Assembly (NCBI GenBank): GCA_034530875.2
Contig: JAVRCJ020000003.1
Coordinates: 32,001-96,000, forward strand
DNA length: 64,000 nt
Source: Nostoc sp. DedSLP01
GTDB taxonomy: Bacteria > Cyanobacteriota > Cyanobacteriia > Cyanobacteriales > Nostocaceae
Direction of reading: 5' to 3'
A program made the position numbers and the translations under genes. The notes beneath the pieces were generated by a model. It did not search any database. It saw nothing but the letters and a program-made list of their open reading frames with translations, and was not told where the DNA came from. Below, one piece after another: positions 1 to 10,423 of the stretch; the first letter of the stretch is position 1, and each line of letters opens with the position of its first letter.

Positions 1-388
1 CTGGATGTTGGATTGTAAGTTGCCTTGCTACTTCCAACTGTGATTCTATTTCATGTTCTTGAAGAGAACGCTCTGCTTTCAGAGAATACATTACATCCTC
101 AGGGTTGGTCATTACTAATTCAAATCTCCAACCAGGATGTTTTTCTACCGCTTGAGCTAAATTACGTAAGTATTGATTAGAAGGAGAACTAAGTGAGGAG
201 CGTGACTTGACTTCAATAACTACATTTTCTTCTCCTCGACGTACTATCATATCGGGACGATAGTTATTAAGGAACTCAGGCAAGTCTTCTGAATTCGGGC
301 GAACAAAAACTTCGTAACCCTTTTGGCGATATTCCTCTGCTAGTTTCAACAATCGCTCTTTTTCTAAGTTCGCGCTTGAAGTTGTCAT
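1..388 (-). CDS. REase_AHJR-like (PD-(D/E)xK) domain protein, partial (runs off window start)
   Basis: Manual translation from ATG at 388: MTTSSANLEKERLLKLAEEYRQKGYEVFV...YRPDMIVRRGEENVVIEVKS. PD...EVK nuclease-like motif; start overlaps the upstream stop codon. Confidence 0.6.
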   Translation of the reverse strand, partial: MTTSSANLEKERLLKLAEEYRQKGYEVFVRPNSEDLPEFLNNYRPDMIVRRGEENVVIEVKSRSSLSSPSNQYLRNLAQAVEKHPGWRFELVMTNPEDVMYSLKAERSLQEHEIESQLEVARQLTIQHP

Positions 389-802
389 CAAGTAACTACC
401 TCCTGGTTAGGAGCATCAATTACGACAATATGTAAGAACTCATTGCCACGAGCAAAGCCTTCCGCCAATGTCGGGGTCATGTTTTCTATTCTAAAGTTAC
501 CTGACAAATCCCTCTTTCTAACTACGAGATCGCTAACTTGGCGATCGTCTTTATAGGCTAATTCTTTAATTGCATCTAAAATGGGCTTCGGTATATTGTC
601 CACATCTATAATTGTCAGAATCATAGAAATAGGTTATCTGGAGCATAACCCACCCAGTAGCTGTTTTTTGTTCCGAAGACCAGTATTTTTCAGCCTCTTG
701 TCGCACTATCTTTTTCCAATCTTCAAGCCGATTGCCCTTACCACGCTTACGAGTTTGTTGTGATACTGGTGGTCCATCCACTATAAACTCAAATCTGGTC
801 AA
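388..802 (-). pseudogene. RusA-family Holliday junction resolvase split by a frameshift near 610-620
   Basis: ORF 566-802 gives the N-half (FEFIVDGPPVSQQ); ORF 388-624 gives the C-half with RusA motifs DVDNIPKPILDAI and DDRQV. Confidence 0.7.
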
Positions 803-1059
803 TGCACTTCTAAATAATAGACATAGGTTATTTTATGTTAATAACCTCGAACACAACCCAATAAATCACCATACGCCAATCAAAAAACGAGGCGGGTGCT
901 TTTCACATTCCCGCCTTAGCAAAGTTGATTTTAATCTTTAACTGCTAATTCTTAACTTGGCAATTTGAAATTTTCCTGACAATTCAAAATCAAAGTTGCT
1001 CTTTGGGCGAACCTTTGGTGCGCCCTGAAATCTAAAATTGAATGGCTCTTAAGTTTCTT

Positions 1060-1383
1060 TTACGCTTCTTCAGAATTATCTCTTTTCTGCCCTGGAGATG
1101 CTTCGTAAAGCGCATCAAGATGTTGGCGAGCATCTTCAACATTAATCGAACGCATTACCAATAATGGTTCTTTAATTAAATTGCCGGCGCTATCTAATAA
1201 CTCTGGATGGGGTACAAACTGTTTTCTCGCTGCGTAATAACCAAAACTACCTCGATCGCCTGAAGAATTGGTTGGATAAGTTCGCTCCCTATCGAAACTG
1301 AACATAATCAGGTTACGAATTAAGTTACCAACAGCTATAAATGCAAGGATTGTAAAAGCAAAGATGTAAAGCAGGTGTAACAT
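1060..1383 (-). CDS. Conserved cyanobacterial membrane protein (DUF2973-like)
   Basis: N-terminal TM helix and PHPELLD...EPLLVMRS motif. Confidence 0.7.
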   Translation of the reverse strand: MLHLLYIFAFTILAFIAVGNLIRNLIMFSFDRERTYPTNSSGDRGSFGYYAARKQFVPHPELLDSAGNLIKEPLLVMRSINVEDARQHLDALYEASPGQKRDNSEEA

Positions 1384-1672
1384 CGGATTTTCCTCCAGGG
1401 CAGCAATTTTTTAAAAGTTTATTTTGTAACGTTTTGGTTCGCCGACACGTGACTCACAGTTAAAGCTAAAGATTTAACGCTCTTTTTGTGCGCTTGTATT
1501 GATATGGAGCTATCTGTCAACCGTTATTCCACTTACGGTAACATAGGATACATTATTTTGTTAATCTCAACAGCCTTAAGAAAAAGTTAAGTTTTGTGTA
1601 CTATTTATTTAACGACTGAATATGTTGTTTTGTAGTTGTTAAGCACTTTATTCAGAATTTAACTGATACTGT

Positions 1673-1990
1673 TTAGGCTCCTGGGGCTTGACGAAAGCGC
1701 ATTGCCACATTCCAGCATTCTGTAACTAATTGATGCCAAGGCATTAAAGTTGCCATATCAATTCCGACTTGCCCCTCAGTAGCACTAAAAAGCATTTTGG
1801 CGGTGTTTAGTTCTTCTTGGGCTTGCTTAACCCGCAAGAGTAAGTCGGATTGCTCTTGATTGCTCATAAATGAGAGCTTCTCTGTTTCTAGTAAGTCACG
1901 CGATCGCTTAAACCAATACTGAAAATCATCCAACAACGGTTCTAAAACCGTTTTCAGCAAATCAGTCCCCGGTAAATTTGAGTCTCGCAT
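1673..1990 (-). CDS. Conserved cyanobacterial protein (DUF2605-like)
   Basis: LLKTVLEPLLDDFQYWF...PWHQLVTECW pattern. Confidence 0.7.
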   Translation of the reverse strand: MRDSNLPGTDLLKTVLEPLLDDFQYWFKRSRDLLETEKLSFMSNQEQSDLLLRVKQAQEELNTAKMLFSATEGQVGIDMATLMPWHQLVTECWNVAMRFRQAPGA

Positions 1991-2179
1991 AAATGAGAGG
2001 AATATTTCAAACTTTCTTACTAATATTAACGTTATTTACGATTCTTAACAATTATCTTATTTCTATCGCTCGGAAGAAATTTCAAAAAATTAGTATTTTG
2101 TAACAAAAGCTACAGATTTAATTATATAGCTTTGTTAAGAGGTTTGTACAGTTCCCTGAGGAAGGTGTCTATAGATATA

Positions 2180-2345
2180 GATGGGGCATGGGGAATAAGG
2201 CATGGGGCATAGGGTATGGGTAGATGGCAAGCAGGGGAAGCAGGGGAAAAGGAAAAAGGAATAAATTTAATCTTTCTCCTTCCCCCTTACCCCTTTCCCT
2301 TTCCCCATGACCAATGCCCAATGCCCAATTCCCCATACCCTGTTT
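2180..2345. repeat. STRR-type short tandem repeats in inverted arrangement
   Basis: GGGGCAT/GGGGAAA-like units followed by complementary CCCCTT/CCAATGC units. Confidence 0.7.
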
Positions 2346-2428
2346 GGCCAATGCCGCTATAGTTGAATAAGCTTACAAATTCAGCTCGATTCCTTTTTGT
2401 AATTACTTCGCCAACGGTTCAGCAACCA

Positions 2429-4267
2429 ATGTCGCTAAAACTATCATCAAATCCTTCAGAAGAGTTGGACAAACCTGAAAAAATTTATTTACCGCGTACC
2501 AGCGAATCGGAGAAGTTAAAAAAGATTCGCCATACTGCTTCCCATGTCATGGCGATGGCGGTACAAAAGCTGTTTCCCAAGGCGCAAGTTACAATTGGCC
2601 CTTGGATTGAAAACGGATTTTATTATGACTTCGACAATCCAGAACCATTTAGCGAAAACGATCTCAAAGCCATCAAAAAAGAGATGGTCAAGATTATCAA
2701 TCGCAAATTGCCAGTTATTCAAGAAGAAGTCAGCCGCGAAGAAGCCGAACGCCGCATTCAGGAAATTAACGAACCTTACAAGCTAGAAATCCTAGCGGAT
2801 ATTAAACAGGAACCAATTACGATTTACCACTTGGGGAATGAATGGTGGGATCTGTGTGCGGGGCCTCATGTGGAAAATACCAGTGAGTTAAATCCTAAAG
2901 CCATTGAATTAGAAAGTGTTGCCGGTGCTTATTGGCGTGGGGATGAAACCAAAGCCCAACTACAACGCATCTATGCTACTGCTTGGGAAAGTCCAGAACA
3001 ACTTGCTGAGTACAAGCGACGCAAAGAAGAAGCGTTGCGGCGAGATCATAAAAAACTTGGTAAAGAACTGGGATTATTTATATTTTCTGATTTAGTGGGG
3101 CCGGGTTTACCGTTGTGGACGCCCAAAGGTACTCTGTTACGGAATATTTTAGAAGATTTTCTGAAACAAGAACAATTAAAACGCGGTTATTTGCCTGTCG
3201 TAACGCCCCACATTGCTAAGGTCGATTTATTTAAAACCTCGGGACACTGGCAAAAATATAAAGAAGATATGTTCCCTTTGATGGCGGACGATGAAAAAGC
3301 AGCCGCACAGGAACAAGGCTTCGTGATGAAGCCGATGAATTGTCCTTTCCACATCCAAATATATAAGAGTGAATTACGTTCCTATCGGGATCTACCGATG
3401 CGCTTGGCTGAATTCGGTACTGTGTATCGCTACGAACAATCAGGGGAATTAGGCGGTTTAACGCGGGTACGGGGTTTTACCGTGGATGATTCTCACCTGT
3501 TCGTTACGCCAGAACAACTCGATAGCGAATTCCTCAACGTGGTGGATTTGATTTTATCGGTGTTTAATAAACTGCAACTGAAGAACTTTAAAGCCAGACT
3601 GAGTTTTCGCGATCCAGCTAGTGATAAGTATATTGGTAGCGATGAAGTTTGGGATAAAGCCGAAGGTGCGATTCGCCGTGCAGTTGAAACCTTAGGGATG
3701 GAACACTTTGAAGGAATCGGAGAAGCGGCGTTTTACGGGCCGAAACTCGATTTTATCTTCAGTGATGCCCTAGAACGGGAGTGGCAATTAGGAACTGTAC
3801 AAGTAGATTACAACTTGCCAGAACGTTTTGAGTTAGAGTACGTTGCTGAAGATGGTTCTCGCAAACGTCCGGTGATGATTCACCGTGCGCCTTTTGGTTC
3901 GCTAGAAAGGTTGATTGGTATTTTGATTGAAGAGTATGCAGGCGATTTTCCCTTGTGGTTGGCGCCAGTGCAAGCAAGATTGCTGCCAGTGGGTGAAGCA
4001 CAATTAGATTTTACTCAAGATGTGGCAGCAAAGATGCGGGCATTGGGTATCCGTGCAGAGGTGGATACTAGCGGGGATCGCTTGGGTAAACTCATTCGCA
4101 ACGCAGAGAAAGATAAAATACCTGTGATGGCAGTTGTGGGAGCCAAGGAAGTGGAAACCAATACCTTGAGCATCCGTACCCGCGCCTCTGGGGAATTAGG
4201 AGTTATATCTGTAGATGAGGTGTTGGATAAGATGAAGAATGCGATCGCTAACTTCGATAACTTCTAG
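2429..4267 (+). CDS. thrS: Threonine--tRNA ligase (ORF track starts at 2363; first ATG at 2429)
   Basis: RHTASH and DLCAGPH editing motifs, KPMNCPFH, YRYEQSGELGGLTRVRGF, and a C-terminal anticodon-binding domain. Confidence 0.97.
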   Translation: MSLKLSSNPSEELDKPEKIYLPRTSESEKLKKIRHTASHVMAMAVQKLFPKAQVTIGPWIENGFYYDFDNPEPFSENDLKAIKKEMVKIINRKLPVIQEEVSREEAERRIQEINEPYKLEILADIKQEPITIYHLGNEWWDLCAGPHVENTSELNPKAIELESVAGAYWRGDETKAQLQRIYATAWESPEQLAEYKRRKEEALRRDHKKLGKELGLFIFSDLVGPGLPLWTPKGTLLRNILEDFLKQEQLKRGYLPVVTPHIAKVDLFKTSGHWQKYKEDMFPLMADDEKAAAQEQGFVMKPMNCPFHIQIYKSELRSYRDLPMRLAEFGTVYRYEQSGELGGLTRVRGFTVDDSHLFVTPEQLDSEFLNVVDLILSVFNKLQLKNFKARLSFRDPASDKYIGSDEVWDKAEGAIRRAVETLGMEHFEGIGEAAFYGPKLDFIFSDALEREWQLGTVQVDYNLPERFELEYVAEDGSRKRPVMIHRAPFGSLERLIGILIEEYAGDFPLWLAPVQARLLPVGEAQLDFTQDVAAKMRALGIRAEVDTSGDRLGKLIRNAEKDKIPVMAVVGAKEVETNTLSIRTRASGELGVISVDEVLDKMKNAIANFDNF

Positions 4268-4273
4268 TAAAAA

Positions 4274-4298
4274 GTAGGGTGAGCAATGCTCATCCTAC
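4274..4298 (+). terminator. Hairpin directly after the thrS stop
   Basis: GTAGGGTGAGCA-A-TGCTCATCCTAC inverted repeat. Confidence 0.5.
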
Positions 4299-5221
4299 AA
4301 AATTAAATCTTTTGTTGATGCTTGCAGAAGTTTTCAGCCTACTGAACTTGAATAACCAGTGGTGTTGCTAAGGTAATCTGATAATTTGATCGCTTCGGTA
4401 CTTAAACGATCCCACCGTGAATTCCAATTAACAATTGCAACTATCGACGGCAAACTCCTTTGTGCAGACATCTGCGCGTAACTTTTTGCAAGGCGTTGCA
4501 TAATTGGGCGTTACTGATTTCATGTATGAAAAAGATTGTGCATGATAGCAAAATCTTTGTAAGCACGTTGTAATCGCTAATCTCTACATCTAGATTCAGG
4601 CTGTAGTCTTTAAAGGTCTAATTTTCTATTTTTTGAATGAATTTATGCAAAAATACTTAATTTTCTTAGTTATCAAGCGTTATCAAATGTATGGTAAGTG
4701 ATGAGTGCGCAAAGACATCAGAGGCAGTTTCGATCTGAGATGTTTTGCGAGAAAATAGGGGCTTGAATTTTCTTTTAACAAAAAATAAGATGAGCGTATT
4801 AAATATTTCTTAAGTAAGATTGACAGGAAAAAAAATAATTTTATTCTATATCGTGGGATGGATAACTGACAGGACAAATACATCTAAGGTATTAGAATCC
4901 TTTAATAAAAACGGTTTTGGCGCTTTATAATTTTTCCTATTTTTTCGTCAAAATCCTTATCCAGTAGGGGTTTTGTAAATACCCTGCCTTCGCCCTGAGA
5001 TTACTAGTTATCATTGCAATAATCACAGTCATAAGTACTGCCGAATTTTATTTCTAAAAATAAAATCCAAAGCCAAATAAGTATTTGTAATACAACAAAG
5101 GCGTTTATTAGTGATGATTTCAAGACAAGGGTATTGCATTATTAATCAACTAAATGTAATGTATTAAATTAAAGAGATTTTTGATAAAAAGTAATAAAAC
5201 TTAGTAAAGTCAACAAAAATA

Positions 5222-5263
5222 TTTAATTTAGATGAGAATAAATATATTTTCATCTAAATTAAA
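5222..5263. promoter_or_regulatory. Long inverted repeat upstream of the cluster regulator, possible operator
   Basis: TTTAATTTAGATGA (5222-5235) and TCATCTAAATTAAA (5250-5263) are perfect 14-bp arms. Confidence 0.4.
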
Positions 5264-5392
5264 GCTGACACAAATAAATAGGATGCTTATGTAAAATTTG
5301 ATATTGAATAAATTAAATTAAATCGATCTCATCTAAAAAGTCTTAAAAAATGCTTAGTTAAGTAACATACTTAATTTAAGAATAATTCTTCC

Positions 5393-6262
5393 TTGCTTAT
5401 GATGAATAAACAAGTTTGTAATATGAGAAAAATTTTGCTTATTGAATCAGAAGTAAAAGCCAAAAACTTTTTTTTAGATTGTCTTGAAGTCGGGGATTTT
5501 TATCCTATATATGCTGAAAATGGCCTAATTGGTATTCAACAAGCAAAAGAAGAATTACCCGATCTGATAATAAGTGAAATTTCGCTTCCTCAGCTTGATG
5601 GCTACAGAGTCTTAAGTATATTGCGCCAAGACCTTTCTACAGCTAGGATACCTATAATTTTTGTGACTACAAAAGCAAATCGCGCTGACATTCGTAAAGC
5701 TATGGAACTAGGAGCAGATGATTATCTGACTAAGCCTTGTACAGCAAACGAATTACTAGGGGCGATCGCAGCTTGTTTGGCAAAACGGAACCTTCTGCAA
5801 CAATGTTACAGTAATTGGCCTATTTTACCGTTACAACCATTGCCAGAATCATCATTACTTGCAGATAGTATCAAGCAAGTAAACGTTAAATTGGCATTTC
5901 CATCTAATTCTTTGTTGAGTAAAGTCTTTAATTTTATTGAGGCTAATTATTACCAACAAATTGCCCTCAGTGATGTGGCGATCGCAGTTGGCTACTCGTC
6001 AACTTATCTGACAGATTTAGTGCGTCGTCAAACAGGACAAACCGTCCAAAACTGGATTATTGAGTATCGAATGACAGCAGCTCGTGGTTTGTTATTAAAT
6101 ACTGACGAAACAATCGAGACAATTGCTGCAAAAATAGGCTATCAAAATGTGACTCATTTCTTCCGCCAGTTTCGTCAGCATCACGGAACAACGCCCCAAA
6201 GCTGGAGAACAGAGCATCGCCAGCAAGAAAATAAAGCAACAACAAAAGAATTGCTAGTTTAA
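5393..6262 (+). CDS. Response regulator with atypical REC domain and AraC HTH (start may be a later Met)
   Basis: REC fold (PDLIISEISLP, GADDYLTKP) and AraC C-terminus (IAAKIGYQNVTHFFRQFRQHHGTTP). Confidence 0.9.
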   Translation: MLMMNKQVCNMRKILLIESEVKAKNFFLDCLEVGDFYPIYAENGLIGIQQAKEELPDLIISEISLPQLDGYRVLSILRQDLSTARIPIIFVTTKANRADIRKAMELGADDYLTKPCTANELLGAIAACLAKRNLLQQCYSNWPILPLQPLPESSLLADSIKQVNVKLAFPSNSLLSKVFNFIEANYYQQIALSDVAIAVGYSSTYLTDLVRRQTGQTVQNWIIEYRMTAARGLLLNTDETIETIAAKIGYQNVTHFFRQFRQHHGTTPQSWRTEHRQQENKATTKELLV

Positions 6263-6630
6263 TCGAAGGATAAGTAATAGTTAAATACTTAGATTAATGC
6301 AAAAATTAGCCCTATAGACAATTACATAAATTTTGTTTCTCACAATACACAACAATGCTCCAAAGTTGGGGAATGGGGTATATTAACTAACTAAAGTAGA
6401 AACAAAAACAAAAGAATTGTTACCTTTTCCGAAGGATAAGTGATAGAAAACTATTCTCAAATACTGTAAATATTACCTCTGTAAGCAGTATACAGGATAT
6501 TAACTCAACTGCTGATAGTGAAAAATAGCGTGCAATCTAACTGGGTGTAACTACGAGAATTTTTGAAATCCCGATAAATCCTTCTATTGTACAGGAATAA
6601 CTGTACTGTAATGTCATAGAGGTAAATATT

Positions 6631-8469
6631 ATGAGTACTAATTCTCAGCCTTTGCTAACTCAAAACCATTTTGCAACATTGGTTGAATTGTTGAGTTATA
6701 GGGCAAGCACTCAGTCTAAACAGCAAGCTTATACTTTTTTACAAAGTAGTGAAGCAGAAGCAGAATCTCTGACTTATGAAGCTTTACATTTGCAAGCACA
6801 GGCGATCGCAGCTAACTTACAATCTCTAAATGCTTGCGGACAAAGAGCTTTATTACTCTATCAACCAGGTCTAGATTTTATTGCTGCCTTCTTTGGATGT
6901 CTGTATGCTGGTGTTGTTGCTGTTCCCGCCTATCCACCAAGGCGAAATCAGAGTCTTTCCAGATTGCAAGCGATCGCCCAAGATGCCGAAGCAAAAGTAG
7001 TATTAACCTCTACAAAATTGCTTTCCAGCCTCCAATCTAGTTCTATTCAAGAGGGTCTAGAACTCGCTGGATTGCATTGGCTTGCTACCGATGGATTGAG
7101 TACCGACATAGCATCAACCTGGCAACCTCAGGAACTAGATAGCGATACGTTGGCTTTCATCCAATACACATCTGGTTCCACAGGCACGCCAAAAGGAGTA
7201 ATGATTAGTCATGGGAATCTGCTGCATAACGAGTACGCCATCGAGAGAGCCTTCGGACATACAGACAAAACTGTTGTTGTTGGTTGGTTGCCTGTTTTCC
7301 ATGACATGGGACTGATTGGAAATGTCTTGCAACCCTTATATTTAGGCGTTCCTTGCATTCTGATGTCCCCAGTAGATTTTCTACAAAAGCCAATCCGTTG
7401 GTTACAAGCCATATCAGACTATAAAGCAACAACTAGTGGCGGCCCGAATTTTGCTTACGATCTTTGCATTCGTAAGGTAACACCCGAACAGCTGAACAAT
7501 CTCGATCTCAGCAGTTGGGAGGTTGCTTTCACCGGTGCTGAACCTGTCCGTGCAGAGACTTTAGAGCAGTTTGCTTCTACTTTTGCACCTTGTGGCTTCC
7601 GCAAAGAAGCATTTTACCCCTGTTACGGTATGGCAGAAACCACCCTGATAGTAACCGGAGGTGAGAAAACAGCTTTACCAATTGTTTGGAATCTAGAAAA
7701 AACAGCATTAGAGCAAAACCGGATTGTTAAAGCCCACAAGGTCAAGGAAGATATACAGACGATAGTAGGTTGCGGACAAAACGTTCCAGATCTGAAAGTT
7801 GTGATTGTTGACCCACAAACATTAACCGTTTGTGCTTCCGACCAAGTTGGCGAAGTTTGGGTATCCGGGCCGAGTGTTGCTCAAGGTTATTGGAATCAAC
7901 CAGAAAAGACAGAAGAAACTTTCCATGCCTATTTAGCAGATACAGGTGCAGGCCCGTTTCTTCGCACTGGAGACTTAGGATTTTTGCAAGATGGAGAGTT
8001 ATTTATCACAGGACGAATCAAAGATGTAATTATCATCAGAGGGCAAAATCATTATCCCCAAGATATCGAACTAACTGTAGAAAAAAGCCATCCATCTCTG
8101 CGGCCTAGTAGTGGAGCAGCATTTGCCATTGATGCCAAGGGTTCTGAACGATTAGTTATTGTTCAGGAAGTAGAACGGAGTTATCTGCGCAAGTTAAACG
8201 TTCAAGAAGTCGTCGGGCAAATTAGACAAAAAGTAGCTGCACAACATGGATTGGAAGTTTATGCTACCGTACTTGTCAAAACAGGTAGTATTCTCAAAAC
8301 TTCTAGCGGTAAAATTCGGCGTCAAGCTTGTCGAGATGCGTTCCTTACTGGAAGTTTAGATGTGGTAGACGATTGGAGCGAAAATCCTCAAAACAAAGCA
8401 AAGTTTATCCATTTACAAGCCGAACTTGATTCGATGCTAGGACAACTAACATCTGGAAAACAGTCATAA
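6631..8469 (+). CDS. Fatty acyl-AMP ligase (FAAL)
   Basis: FFGCLYAGVVAVPAYPP, QYTSGSTGTPKG, YPCYGMAETTL and KTSSGKIRR motifs; next to an ACP. Confidence 0.93.
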   Translation: MSTNSQPLLTQNHFATLVELLSYRASTQSKQQAYTFLQSSEAEAESLTYEALHLQAQAIAANLQSLNACGQRALLLYQPGLDFIAAFFGCLYAGVVAVPAYPPRRNQSLSRLQAIAQDAEAKVVLTSTKLLSSLQSSSIQEGLELAGLHWLATDGLSTDIASTWQPQELDSDTLAFIQYTSGSTGTPKGVMISHGNLLHNEYAIERAFGHTDKTVVVGWLPVFHDMGLIGNVLQPLYLGVPCILMSPVDFLQKPIRWLQAISDYKATTSGGPNFAYDLCIRKVTPEQLNNLDLSSWEVAFTGAEPVRAETLEQFASTFAPCGFRKEAFYPCYGMAETTLIVTGGEKTALPIVWNLEKTALEQNRIVKAHKVKEDIQTIVGCGQNVPDLKVVIVDPQTLTVCASDQVGEVWVSGPSVAQGYWNQPEKTEETFHAYLADTGAGPFLRTGDLGFLQDGELFITGRIKDVIIIRGQNHYPQDIELTVEKSHPSLRPSSGAAFAIDAKGSERLVIVQEVERSYLRKLNVQEVVGQIRQKVAAQHGLEVYATVLVKTGSILKTSSGKIRRQACRDAFLTGSLDVVDDWSENPQNKAKFIHLQAELDSMLGQLTSGKQS

Positions 8470-8601
8470 ACCCGAATCAGCTCGTAGCCGAAATACCAAC
8501 AAAAACACCGTGTAATTTAGCGTTTGCCTTAGCAAAATAATTACACACACTATTCTTTTATTGCCCATTCCTGTTTCTACCTACATTAAGGACGAAATCA
8601 A

Positions 8602-8883
8602 ATGACCCCAATTTCTACAATTTCACAAAAATCTACTCGGACACGCACAGCAGCCGAAATTCAGGAGTGGACAGTTTCTTATTTAGCGAACTTGCTAGAA
8701 GTTACTCCTGAAGAAGTTGATGTGACGATTCCTTTTGACCGTTATGGTTTAGATTCTTTAGCGGCAGTTAGTTTAACTGGCGACTTGCAAGATTGGCTAG
8801 GAATTGATGTCGATCCGACTCTAATTTACGATTACCCAACTATTGAAGGACTCGTTAAGTATTTAAGTACTAATTTAAATTAA
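8602..8883 (+). CDS. Acyl carrier protein
   Basis: FDRYGLDSL phosphopantetheine site and YDYPTI. Confidence 0.93.
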   Translation: MTPISTISQKSTRTRTAAEIQEWTVSYLANLLEVTPEEVDVTIPFDRYGLDSLAAVSLTGDLQDWLGIDVDPTLIYDYPTIEGLVKYLSTNLN

Positions 8884-8929
8884 GAATGAGAAATTCTGTT
8901 TTTCAAACTCAGGTTTTGAGGCACAAATA

Positions 8930-10288
8930 ATGACTACAGCTAACGTATTAAATGAGAAAACCACAGATTTAAATCTGCCTGGAGATAAACAGAAGAGGCA
9001 TTTTCAAGTCATTCAGAAAACATATCAGAACAACATCGACTCTGATTACACAGAGAAGATGGAATCTTTAGGCAAAAACTTTGATTACAACAAAAATAGT
9101 AATCATTTTTGGGGCGATCGCCAACTTTCTACCTTATATGGTACCCCTCTTTACAACCAAGCTTCTCAAGCGCAAAAATTAGCCCTTAACCATCTTTACT
9201 GGGTAGGGCAGTATCAACATACTGCCTCTGCGGAAGCAAACACCATGCTCTACAACCAAATTACATCTGGTGTTTTTACCCACGTTGGCGGATACGAAAC
9301 TCTTTGCCAAGAACTAGATTTTGAAACCAGTCAGGAACGCCATCACATCAATACTTTCCATAGAATTGGTTATAAGACCAAACTCGCTTTACTAGGCAAA
9401 GAATCCTTTGGTAATCCTTTGCATAAAAAATTAAATAATCAGACTCAGAAGAAATTGCTGCCTTTGCCAGAACTGCCGAAAAAAGAAGCAGTTCAAGATT
9501 TCACCTATCGCTTTCTCACCAAATTGATGCATCAAGGCAAAGACAACTACTATTCTGAGTACTTGAAAGAGAAAAGCGAATCAATTCCTACAGCAACTGG
9601 TGGACTCGCTGGCGTAACTGCATCTCCATCTGTATTTAAATACTTGAGTTTGAATTGGGGTAGTTCTCCCTTTTTAGCCGCGCAGTATTATTCGGTGCGG
9701 ATGGTTGCAAATATGTCCTTAAAAACTTATGAGTACCACTACTACAAACAGTTCAAGGAGCTAGATAAAAAGGGTGAGTTTATCCCAGATCCAATTGCTG
9801 TATCTCATTATCACTTGTTGGATGAGTCTTTCCATACCACAATGTCTCAGACCATTGCCCAAGAGGTATATAAAGATTTTCCGAAGCCAACAATGTATGA
9901 AAAGCTTCTCTCTAATGTAATTATCTTATTGGTACAAAGAGGGGTTTTGAGTGGGCTGTCTGGTGCTTTACCTGCTACATTCCGCGATGATGTGAATTTT
10001 ATACCTGCTTATTATCGTCTGCTGACATCGCCTCTATTTAAGATGTCCCAGGAAGACGCACTTTATTGGATGGAAAAATGCTTGTGTGAAGAACACGAAG
10101 GCTTTCATACGAATCACAAATTCCATCAAACTCTTCTGAATGATTTAAGACGCTTCTTTGGCCATCTAGAATATTTGTGGCCAGTTAACCGCGAAATGCG
10201 CTTAATGGCTGAAGGTGGTTCGATAGAGAAGGCAATTCAACGCAATCAAATAGCGTTTAAGCAGTTCGCTAGTTCTGTTGCTGCATAG
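8930..10288 (+). CDS. CylC-family dimetal-carboxylate halogenase (AurF/ferritin-like)
   Basis: ETSQERHH (ExxH) and SHYHLLDESFH (HxxDExxH) metal-ligand motifs; FAAL-ACP-halogenase gene order. Confidence 0.85.
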   Translation: MTTANVLNEKTTDLNLPGDKQKRHFQVIQKTYQNNIDSDYTEKMESLGKNFDYNKNSNHFWGDRQLSTLYGTPLYNQASQAQKLALNHLYWVGQYQHTASAEANTMLYNQITSGVFTHVGGYETLCQELDFETSQERHHINTFHRIGYKTKLALLGKESFGNPLHKKLNNQTQKKLLPLPELPKKEAVQDFTYRFLTKLMHQGKDNYYSEYLKEKSESIPTATGGLAGVTASPSVFKYLSLNWGSSPFLAAQYYSVRMVANMSLKTYEYHYYKQFKELDKKGEFIPDPIAVSHYHLLDESFHTTMSQTIAQEVYKDFPKPTMYEKLLSNVIILLVQRGVLSGLSGALPATFRDDVNFIPAYYRLLTSPLFKMSQEDALYWMEKCLCEEHEGFHTNHKFHQTLLNDLRRFFGHLEYLWPVNREMRLMAEGGSIEKAIQRNQIAFKQFASSVAA

Positions 10289-10423
10289 AGCGATCGCATT
10301 AATTTTGAGAAGTATGTTTTTTAACGCAGAATTAGTAATTCTGACACCTCAAAATTAACGATCGGAACTAGTAGAGCGGACACCTTTTTTTGCAGCAATA
10401 CATTAAGTGTTGAGGGCTGAGTC

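Noticed and set aside
2169..2351. 60-aa ORF, and similar ORFs at 45619-45925 and 26730-26927
   Set aside because: These are translations of STRR repeats.
4334..4501. 55-codon minus-strand ORF after thrS (MQRLAKSY...SSSVG)
   Set aside because: No recognisable motif or support; may be a remnant or chance.
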